Source: Candidatus Wallbacteria bacterium (GTDB lineage Bacteria; Muiribacteriota; UBA9980). Taken from it: a stretch of 32,000 nt of DNA. Below the pieces are notes generated by a model. That model was given only the letters and a program-made list of their open reading frames with translations, did no database searches and was not told where the DNA came from. Both the position numbers and the translations under genes were made by a program. Positions 8,562 to 18,000 of this stretch are shown here, piece by piece (position 1 is the first letter of the stretch; the number at the start of each line of letters is the position of its first letter). Location: contig JASDSY010000026.1 in assembly GCA_041441465.1 (NCBI GenBank), positions 210,969-242,968 of the forward strand. The letters run 5' to 3'.

Positions 8562-8731
8562 TATAAATTCACCTGTCTTCCGCTTAACACTAAAGTTACA
8601 AAGGACTAAAAAAATTAATCAAAAAAATATTCTTATTTTATATTATCCGCCTACTTTAAAGGATTATCATATAATCAAAGATTTTATTAATTATAAAAAT
8701 CTTTGAAATCTAATTAAAACTTTATTTGATA

Positions 8732-10819
8732 TTAAAATAAAATTTTAATGAAAAACATCAAAACTAAAACAACAGCCAGAACGATATAAACGAAATTATC
8801 GGAAGTATATCCAAAATAATCCTGACACGAGCTTTTTGACTCTTTTGACAATAAGCGTTCATGCTCAAATTCATCGGCAGTTCCCTTAAATATATCACGC
8901 ATGGCGGCTTTCGGAATTTTAGAACGGAAATCCTCCTCGGTGTCGTACTTTATTCCGTTATTTATGCTGATATAACGATAAAATAAAACGGCGTAAAATT
9001 CTATCACGTCCAGATTAAACTGCCTTAATATCTTCGTATATTCGTTTATGTGTTTTATAAAATCATCATTTTTCCTGGCACCTTTTATTTTTTCACATAA
9101 TTCGCTCAGTATTCCGTGATTCTTACGCTCGGTTTCCTTCACGTGCCGGCCGGTACTCAAAGAGCTTTCCAATTTTTTTATATCTGCCTGCAGCTGTATG
9201 TTTCTTTTATTTAATTCATCATTTTCATCTTCGACTGCTTTCAAATCCTCGTTTGTTTTCTCGTTTAATTCCTTTTGCTTTTTCTTTATTTCAATAATTT
9301 CTTCTTCAAGTTTTTTTATTTTTCCGCTGTAAAAAAACTTGAACCATACACCGTTTATCTCTTTATACTTAATATCGATTTCGAATTTAAAGGCTTTTTC
9401 ACTTTCTTTAAGCTGCTCAAGCCTTTTATTAATTTTAGATTCATTTAATTTTATACGCTTGACATTCGAATCGTACTCGATCTGAAAATCGGATTTTTCC
9501 CTTTGAAAGCTTTTTATTTCTTCTTCGGTAAGGCTGATTTTATTCTTTTTTTCATTCAAAATGGCTTCGATTTTTTCAACCGCGCTTTCGATTTTAGCTT
9601 TTTCATCAAACGCGCAGCCGCCTGGCATAAATATAGGAGTTATTTTTTTGCCGTTTTTATCGGCGCATATTATTTCCTTATGCACTTCAGGCGAATTCAA
9701 AGAATTTTCAGAAACAAAAAGGAAAACCTCGCTGCAATTAATTATTTTGTTTTTTAATTCATTGTCCCAGTCAACGCCGGTTTTAATTCCTACGTCATAC
9801 CAATAATCGTAATCCGCGCCGCTTAATATCGAAAGGAGCCTGTATACTTCAGCGCAGTCCTTGCGCGAATAGCTTATAAAAATAAAATCGGCGGCACGTT
9901 TTGAGCATAACGGTCTTTTCGAGTTAGCTGCTTCGCCTTTATTTTTAAGTCCAGCCGGCAACGCAGTTTTTTCTGAACGTTCATTCATTTTTTTAGACGA
10001 GTTGATTTTTTCGAGCACCGCCTGCGCGTGTTCAGCGACATTCTGGTTAACGTCCTTCAAGGCTTTCTGTAAAAGAGGACGCGCATTATCCGGCGTTATC
10101 GATTCCAGGACATATACAGCAGAATCGCGCATCCATATTTCGCCGGACGAAATCATTCTTTCTAGCTTCGCAACCATAAGCAATTCATCAAATTTAGCAA
10201 GCGTTTTCAAAACATTCGCCCTTATCCTGTTATCGTCATCGTTTATATATGGAACTAATAATTCAATAATCTTATCGGAATCTATGGACTCGAGACCTTC
10301 GACGGCGTTAGCGGCCACTCTTTTATCGGCATGCTTCAAAAACGGCGCAATAACAGAGATATGGCTTTCATCGCCAAAATGACCAATTAATTTCAAAAGC
10401 GTTGCAATAACACGATCATCAGTCTCCATCCCCAGCCGCTCAATTAAAAAAGGCAATGCAGATTCATCGTTAACCCATAACAATTCTTTAAGTGCCGCCT
10501 GCTTTTCGCGCGAGCTGCCCGAAGAAATTATTGAATATAATTTACCGCCGTCATATTCTTCGGAACAGCTGTCAAATGCCGGCAGTGAATGAGCGCCCCC
10601 CGCAGTTGAATCAGCCGGCCGATAACCGCCGGAAAAATTCTTTATTGCCTTGCGCGCAAAGTACCTCACCGAAACGTCTGAATCAGCGGTAAGTTTATAA
10701 AGCTGTTCCAGAACTTCGCTGTCGTCATATTCGGAAATATTTTTTATAGCGTTTATTTTCAGGCGGCTGTCATTTGACAACATGCCCTTTAATAAAGCTT
10801 CCTTTTCGCTTTTACGCAT
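8732..10819 (-). CDS. HEAT-repeat / TIR-domain / coiled-coil protein with a C-terminal transmembrane tail anchor (695 aa)
   Basis: - HEAT-like repeats of about 30 aa, aa 1-275: DSDVSVRYFARKAIKNF, DDRVIATLLKLIGHFGD, ADKRVAANAVEGLESI, DDNRIRANVLKTLAKF, EIWMRDSAVYVLESI, DVNQNVAEHAQAVLEKI.
- TIR, aa 309-401 (nt 9617-9895): DFIFISYSRKDCAEV...DYWYDVGIKTGVDWDNELKNKIINCSEVFLFVSENSLNSPEVHKEIICA, with Glu382 (GAA, 9674-9676) at the TIR catalytic position.
- Lys/Glu-rich heptad coiled coil, aa 405-556.
- Terminal TM segment: FVYIVLAVVLVLMFFIKILF.

There is no signal peptide and no obvious SD. Confidence 0.85.
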   Translation of the reverse strand: MRKSEKEALLKGMLSNDSRLKINAIKNISEYDDSEVLEQLYKLTADSDVSVRYFARKAIKNFSGGYRPADSTAGGAHSLPAFDSCSEEYDGGKLYSIISSGSSREKQAALKELLWVNDESALPFLIERLGMETDDRVIATLLKLIGHFGDESHISVIAPFLKHADKRVAANAVEGLESIDSDKIIELLVPYINDDDNRIRANVLKTLAKFDELLMVAKLERMISSGEIWMRDSAVYVLESITPDNARPLLQKALKDVNQNVAEHAQAVLEKINSSKKMNERSEKTALPAGLKNKGEAANSKRPLCSKRAADFIFISYSRKDCAEVYRLLSILSGADYDYWYDVGIKTGVDWDNELKNKIINCSEVFLFVSENSLNSPEVHKEIICADKNGKKITPIFMPGGCAFDEKAKIESAVEKIEAILNEKKNKISLTEEEIKSFQREKSDFQIEYDSNVKRIKLNESKINKRLEQLKESEKAFKFEIDIKYKEINGVWFKFFYSGKIKKLEEEIIEIKKKQKELNEKTNEDLKAVEDENDELNKRNIQLQADIKKLESSLSTGRHVKETERKNHGILSELCEKIKGARKNDDFIKHINEYTKILRQFNLDVIEFYAVLFYRYISINNGIKYDTEEDFRSKIPKAAMRDIFKGTADEFEHERLLSKESKSSCQDYFGYTSDNFVYIVLAVVLVLMFFIKILF

Positions 10820-11008
10820 AATTTATATTATTTTACTATATTATAATCAATCAAAAAAATAAATTCTGACATCAATTACACTAAAATAAAAAAATGGAAT
10901 ATTTTCGGCATAATACGATGAATTCATCTTGAATTACTTAAAATTTCACATATTATAAAAACTTAAAATCAGACATTTCAAAGTTTATATTTCCTTTTTA
11001 AAACAATT

Positions 11009-11035
11009 GAACCACCTAATTTAAAAAGGTGGCTC
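11009..11035 (-). terminator. weak candidate terminator after the lipoprotein gene
   Basis: Minus-strand hairpin GAGCCACC / GGTGGTTC (5 perfect GC-rich bp plus 2 flanking bp across one mismatch) with an 11-nt loop. It is followed by AATTGTTTTAAAAAGG, so the U-tract is interrupted. It lies about 50 nt after the stop at 11086. Confidence 0.3.
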
Positions 11036-11085
11036 AATTAAGATTTAAATTTATAACTTCAAGATCGGCAGACTTTTTATAATAA

Positions 11086-12042
11086 TTATTGTCCGTATAT
11101 ATTAAACACCGCTCGTCCGTCATTGCCGATAACATAGTTTGCCGTTGATGCCGCGCTGGGAATTTCAAGGTTGACATTGGCGCCGGAACTTCCCGAAGTC
11201 GCTTCATCCAGAACGATACGGTCGAATACCGGGCCGGCTGTGCTATAATCAGGGAACTCAAGAGTAATCGGAGTTCCAGGTGCCAGAGCAAGGCCTGTAA
11301 CAATGAGCTGCCACTGTTTGGTAATCGCTGAATGCATGCTGCTTGTTAATTGTTCAGACGCTTTCTCGCCGAAATAAGCGTAAATATTTTTAGTCGCCGC
11401 GTCCGGAGGCAATTTAGCGTCAAAACCGACTTTTGAATCATACGCATTATCGGCAGCATTGCCCTGAACGCCAAAGTATGTTTCATAATAATCGGCAGGA
11501 CTGTTTTTTAATGAAATTTTTATTTTAGCGCGCCACGGCACTTTGATAGATGGAGTCGTCACATTTGAAATCGCCGAATAATCAGTAGAATTTTGAGAAC
11601 GCACACACCAGAATAATCCGCTGCCTGGCTTAGCAATAGAAGAATTAATCATAGCGCCGGCGCCGGTCGCGATAATCTGAGCGGTTTCCTGTATTCCTGC
11701 CGCTTTCGGAGTTATAGCGGCGCTGAAATTTACCTGCGATAATTGTAAAAATCCGCTTTCATCGATAGTCGAAGCCGTAGAATATCTGACATCGTAGGCC
11801 TGAAGCGCCGAACTGCCATGAGAAGGCGTGGTCCATTTTAACACGATCACGCCGTAAGTATCGCCGTCAGCGACAGTCAGATTTGTAACAGCCGACGGAG
11901 GGGTCGTTACCGGAACCGGCGGTTCAGGCGTAGGAGTGCTTCCGCCGCCGCCGCCCCCGCCGCCGCATGCAGACACCGTAATAAGCAGCATCATAAATAT
12001 CATTATAGTAAAAATATGCTTGAGTGTTTTTCTGTTTTTCAT
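11086..12042 (-). CDS. lipoprotein with Gly8 linker, FN3-like domain and a C-terminal module shared with the giant protein (318 aa)
   Basis: The ATG overlaps the giant gene's TAA (TAATG, 1 nt shared at 12042). GGAG sits about 9 nt upstream. Signal peptide with lipobox ITVSAC, followed by GGGGGGGG and a Pro/Thr linker. FN3-like segment: VTNLTVADGDTYGVIVLKWTTPS...YDVRYS. The C-terminal 150 aa align by eye to the giant protein's terminal modules. Confidence 0.85.
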   Translation of the reverse strand: MKNRKTLKHIFTIMIFMMLLITVSACGGGGGGGGSTPTPEPPVPVTTPPSAVTNLTVADGDTYGVIVLKWTTPSHGSSALQAYDVRYSTASTIDESGFLQLSQVNFSAAITPKAAGIQETAQIIATGAGAMINSSIAKPGSGLFWCVRSQNSTDYSAISNVTTPSIKVPWRAKIKISLKNSPADYYETYFGVQGNAADNAYDSKVGFDAKLPPDAATKNIYAYFGEKASEQLTSSMHSAITKQWQLIVTGLALAPGTPITLEFPDYSTAGPVFDRIVLDEATSGSSGANVNLEIPSAASTANYVIGNDGRAVFNIYGQ

Positions 12043-15000
12043 TATTTCATCTCCGGTGTATATATTATTTCAAAATTATGCTTATTGCCGTCAATTGCAA
12101 GTTTATACCTCGGGTTTTTACGCATGTCAGTTTCGGTATTTAAAGTCTTATCAACCAGCATAAAAGTGCCGGCCGCCGGCATCGCTTTTGCATCCCAATA
12201 TAAATAACCGTCCTGATAGTCGACTCCCCTTGAAACAACGTCGAAACTCCATTTTAAAGAAGCCGTTCCGGAACCAGCCGGCGAAGTTAAAGGCGCTCTC
12301 ACATCCGAAGATAACACATAAGATTCGCCAGCGGCGGTTTTATTGAAATACATAGCCACATAAGGGTCAGGCGGCATTAATTTTATTACGTCGCACATAT
12401 CTATGCCGTCCTCACCGACATAATCTATGCCAAAGAAACCGCACGAATCGGTAAATTGCTTATTCGCCGTCTCGATTCCGATATTAACACGCCAGTATTT
12501 GCTCTCGTCCAGAGTTATTTTAGGGCTGCGTCCGCCTGCCGGCGCGCCTATAAATCTTTGAAGATTAGGATACTTAGCAGCCAGCGCCATAAGCTTTTTA
12601 GATGAAAGCGCAGTTTGCGGCACCCTATAAATACGTAATATCAAATTATCGACATTCGAATATATAAAGAACGCATCAGTTTTTTTGAGCTTAAATGTGG
12701 TATCAGTAAGAAGTCCCGTAACGATACTTCCAGATACACCCGACTTATTAAACGTATAAATATTATTCCTGATGACGCCTTTGCCCGTCGCGACATACAC
12801 ATCATCAACCGAAGCGTTAGCATCATTAAGCCTGAATTTGAAATTCAAATTATTGACAGTTTCGTTATTCGAGTAATTAAAAGGAACCGCAAGCTGGTTA
12901 AACCCTTTAACAAGCGGTATCTCAAAATAAGCGGCAGTTGACGGCAGCGTATTTCCGTCGATTTTTACTTCGATCGACGAATCATTGTTCATATAAAGCC
13001 AGTAGCCGCGGCCCGGTTCAACAGCCATCGGAGAATCGAGATAATCGCCGTTATAAATCAATATTTGGTTTCCTTTTCTGCCGTATAATATGAACTGCGA
13101 AGTTATCGAAGAGAATATTTCTGGTATGGTTTTAGCCTTCGGATAGAGCGGTACTGAAATCATATTCCACCCTTTCGAAACGCTGAAACTTACGTTCTTG
13201 TCTTCGGAATCAACAGCCGCAGTCGAAAACCGCCATATTGTTTTAGTCATCGTATTTCCTGCATTATCTTTAATATTTTCAATTACAGCCTGATACGATG
13301 TCCCTTGAGCCAGATTGACGTCCGGCTTAAACGCGACTTCATACAACGAATCATTATAATAAATCTTACCTTTGACGATAGCGCCGCTTGACAAATCATT
13401 CAGCGTTATCGAATTATAAGTCGTCGATGAATTGAGTTTTTTGTCAAAATATACATTTAGCGTCGTGGTAAGCGAAACATTTTCCTGATTGTTATAAGGC
13501 GCATATGAAAGCACCTTAGGCGGAGTGGTATCGCTCTGGCCGCCGCCGCTGCCGCCGGTTCCTACCGGATTAAATATGATGCTGAACTGGCGTGCCGCAG
13601 CCGATGTAGTAAAGGTATAACTAGAGTATTTTTTCATGTCTACCGTACTGCCGTCAGTTTTATCATATAAAATCAACTCGTAATCGAAAGTCGTGATTGT
13701 ATCACGAAGTGCCTGCCATGAAATCGTAGCTTTCTGGTTAGCGCTGTCAGTTTCAACATTAAAATTCCAGCGTTTGCGCACCGCTTCTACCTTCTGGAAA
13801 TATGAGGCATATTTAGTTCCGTCTTTGACAAGGTTAAAATAAGATGATATATATCCGCCACGCGCAAGTTCTTTAGCGTAAGGCTTCATGACATCGAGCT
13901 CAACATCGTTTGCCAAATTTTCAGAAGCGAACTCGCTCAAACCGAAGTAATTATAATCATCCTTAAAATTCTGGCACGCAACAGAAACTTTATACCATAA
14001 ATTTTTGTCATCGGAAGGCGATTTTTGCAGCGTCAAACCGTAAGGCGGAATCGGATATTTATTGACTTCCTCGTTTGTAACAAATACCGGAGGAATCCGC
14101 AAAACGCAATATTCGTTCGAATATATGTAATAACCGCAAAACGGCATTAAATGGCCTGTCCTGTGGTTTAACGAGAATGTGGTTTTTAAGTTGTAATCGT
14201 AGTCATAAGACCAGAAAGCGTGGTCAGTGAACGTATTCTGGACTGAAAATACAGGTACTTCCGAAGTAGATCCGTTGCTGAACTTTTTAAATATCGTGCA
14301 TTTTTCAGCATTGACGCGCGCCGCATAAGGAATAGCAACCATATTCCAGCCTGGTTTAAGATCGATTTCAAATTTTGTCATCGGCGAGCTCATTTCATAA
14401 CCGCCAGCTTCGAGCGCTATGTCACTCGAAGCGCTTGAAAACAGCCAGTAACCGACACCAGGTTTTATAGTGGTAGTAACCTTGCTCGAACTGCCTATGC
14501 CATCCCAAATCGTATATGTTCCAGGTGTAAGCGCACTGAACATTGTGTTGACATCAGTCGAAACAGGCACTAGCGGCAGGCTGAAGAAATAATATTTCTG
14601 AGGCTTAATATTATAAGGCATTGAAATTTTAGTCTTAGCCAAAGAAAGATTTTTCACTTCAGTTTCAGTTTCATTTCCGTTGCTGTCTTTGCCGGCAAAT
14701 ATAAATGTAACAGGTTCGGCTGTAATTGAAGACGCTTCAAGCGTTCCCGTATAATAAGTGACCGAATCTATAATGATAGGAACTATCGGTATTTCAATAG
14801 GAGCGCTAGTACCAAATTTAGCTTTCAGCCTAGGTACGCCAACTATTGTTTCATTCGGCTTAGCAGTTACGGCAATTGATGTCGGATAATTTGGACTTGA
14901 CGGATTAGCGCCGACCGTAGCTGTCGGCCCGGTTGTATCCACTTTAAAATACCACGGATTAAGCCCAAGAGTATCCGCTTGAAGCTTATTGCCAAGCTCA

Positions 15001-18000
15001 TCTTCGCAGGCAATTATTTTTACTTCAATCGATCCTTCACGAAGTGTTATACCGCCTGCCGTTGGATTAAAAGTAAGAGTGTCATCGCTATCGGTATAAG
15101 TTATTAAAGTCGAACCGGCATTATAACTATAAGTTATGCCGCCTACCGCAAGCTTTAATGTCGATAGCTTTATTTGCGATTTATCCGAAGTAAGCTGCAT
15201 TTTTATAACCTGTTTATTATTTGTTACGGTAGAATTACGCGCCGGTGTAGTATCACCGAATACATACGGACCGGAGGCAATCATCGCAAACACTGACTTA
15301 TAATCTGAAACCATACGGTTGCCGTAACTATCGGCAACGCCATCAACCGAGCCGCCAAGCACTGTAATTTCGCAGCTTCCTTCCGAAAAGGTTAAACCGG
15401 CGCTTGCAACGTCAATTGACACTTTCGGTTTGAAATATATAACGCCCGGATCACCCACTTTAAGGGTTTTATCGGCTTTTACATTACCGCCGAAATCGAT
15501 GTTACGTATCCTGACTCTTATCGTGGATGAATTAATGTCACCTGTGTAGGAAACTCCAAAAATCGCCTGAGGATTATCCTTCAATTCAAACGATATTGTC
15601 GGTCTTAAAGTATTGCCAATAGAGCCATTGGCTGGACTCATCGAACCGGCCGCCACAAAAGGCGGTTCTTTGTCGTAATATACATTCCAAATATATGATT
15701 TAGTGATCGCATTTCCCAATTCATCTGAAACAGCCGTAACTTCAAGCGTATTAATTCCGTTTACCATGCTGTTTAACTGCAGCTTATATTCCATTTTGCC
15801 TGCGGCTGAATTAAAATTACCGGCCGGTATAGTAATTTCATTGGTTTCATTAACTCTTATTTTGATTGAATCCGTCTTAACTTTCGAATAACTGTCTATG
15901 ATTGTAACGCTAACAGTCGTGTCTGAAACACCGATTACTCCGCGATTAGGCGGATAAGGCATAGACATTACAGGCGGCGTTACATCGTTAATAAACGACC
16001 AGCTGTTAGAAGCGCCAAGGCGTGAGTCGTCTGACGGCCTTATGCGGTTTCCAAGAAGGTCATACGCATCAGTTATCGCGCATGTTACCTGACCTGAGCC
16101 CGGCCTGTAAGAAGCAGGAATTTGAGATACTTTCAGTATGAGCCTGTACTGCTTCGAGCTGTTATTAATTCCTGAAATATCAAACAACGAAGAATCCGAA
16201 ATAGTGGAATACTCTTTTGAATTAACCACTACCTTCACAGGCTTCGAAACATCGATAAGCGAAATTTCACTTGACAAAGCAAACGATATTTCATCAGTCA
16301 GCTTGACTACATTTCCAGATGAAGGCCATGGATTACGAGCAATCGGTCCAAGCGTGTTTACGACAAACGAGAATGAGTTTTTAGAGCCGGGTTCGAGAAT
16401 ATTTCCCAAAGAATCAGTCAATTCTTTGAGTACGACGGTCGCAGTCCCGTCTGGAAGCGTCAATACCGGCGAGCTTTTTGAAGGATCAAAAATAAATTCG
16501 CCGAGTTCTACGGAATAGCTTATTCTAACATCATTAGATAAAATAGGAACTTCTGTAGTGGTATCTTTCGATGTATAGTATTGAATGCCCATTTTAAATG
16601 AAAGCTTATCGATATTAGATTTATTGTTATAATCACGAACTGCAAATTTCAACACAGGGCTTTTGCTTGATATAGTGTTTTCGATAGAACCGCAAAGCAA
16701 CGAATTGGTAACTACATACGGGCCTTTTTTATCGAGATAATAACTCCATTGTATAGGCTTAGCCTGCAAGCTATTACCCGCAAAATTTTTGACCTCGTTT
16801 ATGGTAACCGTAATAGTGCCGTCCTCGAAAAGGGTTGAAATCGGATTAACACCGCTGCCTATATACTTTACAGGATCGATCGAATAAACGAACGTCGACT
16901 TATTGTATGTGACGCCGTGAACCTCGTCGGTACCGATAATGTTCCATGAAGTTTCACCGCCGGAGCTCTTAATATTTTTAACTGTAACATTGAAAGAAGA
17001 ATCATTTATTTCGGTAACTCCGGTAATAGCTCCGGTCTGATTCAATTTAAACGATATAATAGAATTTGAATTAGCCGTAGTTATATCCTTTGGAGTAAAT
17101 GAATCCAAGTATACTGCAGGGCCTGCCTCGCTCACATAGAATTTCCATTGTTTAGGCTTATTTTGCAAAGAATTGCCGGCAATATCCTTGACCTCTTTCA
17201 ACGCAATATTATTAAGGCCGGCAGAATATTTAGTAAGAACCGTGCTTGCAATATTAAAAGTTATCAATTTCGTGGGTTTGTCATAACTCATGCCTGAATT
17301 AGTTATTTCATGACCATTAACGACAAATGTCGTCTGAGTTAAGTCAACATCGTTAACCTCATTAATTTTAACTTTAACGCTGACCGCGGCGTTTGTCACA
17401 ACCGAATTATCTGCAGGCTCGACGCTGACAACCGCGGGGCCGGTATTATCGACTGTAAAACTGAAATTATAAGGCGTCGGCATAGCTACATTCAGATCGT
17501 TTTTCAAAGTTTTTAAAGTGACAGTAACCGGTCCGTCGTTGTCTAATAAGCTGAAACTATTAACCGCAATTTCAAGGCTGCCGGTAACACCAAGCGGGCT
17601 GCCCTTAGCCGTATATTTTATGGTAGAGTCATTTACGGCCTGTTCGGCGCCGCCGTTAATAGAAACACGTATCGAGCTTTTATCCAGCAATGTCGAATTC
17701 GAAGTCTTCAGGTCAAACCTTAAAACAGCCGTATCTTTGCCCAATTTATTTATAATATCGCCTGATTTAGCTTCGCCGGAACTCCATACTAACTTAGAGC
17801 CGGTAACATACGGAGTTGACGAATTAACATTAAAACTCCAATGATAATTTGAAAGCGTATTTTCCAAATCGTCTTTTACCGTGACATAAATATCAACCGG
17901 TCCGTCGCTGAATCCTTTCTTGCCATTAGTATATCCTGAAAAATTTTCCGGAATAAACCTTATTTCCCCTGAATCCTCGTTAAAAGTAACAGGACTGCCC

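Noticed and set aside
8676-8705. A 10-bp perfect inverted repeat (CAAAGATTTT / AAAATCTTTG, 10-nt loop) about 27 nt after the TIR gene stop, considered as a terminator or operator.
   Set aside because: The stem is almost all A/T, so it has very low stability, and no U-tract follows on either strand. It cannot be told apart from chance symmetry in AT-rich spacer DNA.
6791-10692. Plus-strand ORFs (64-126 aa) antisense to the RyR-domain and TIR genes.
   Set aside because: They are shadow ORFs of well-supported minus-strand genes. Their compositions (Arg/Ser/Phe-rich) are typical of antisense translation of AT-rich coding DNA.
11941-11965. GCC/CCG trinucleotide run encoding Gly8 in the lipoprotein, considered as a phase-variation switch. 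The A7 run just after the giant gene's ATG (27506-27512) was considered in the same way.
   Set aside because: Slippage in the trinucleotide repeat would stay in frame and only change linker length. A 7-nt A run is unremarkable in DNA this AT-rich. There is no evidence of on/off switching from one sequence.
12042-12300. C-terminus of the giant protein as a T9SS, LPXTG or PEP-CTERM sorting signal.
   Set aside because: There is no LPXTG, no terminal hydrophobic helix with a basic tail, and no PEP motif. The last module has a near copy located internally (B1) and another in the downstream lipoprotein, which argues against a terminal sorting tag.
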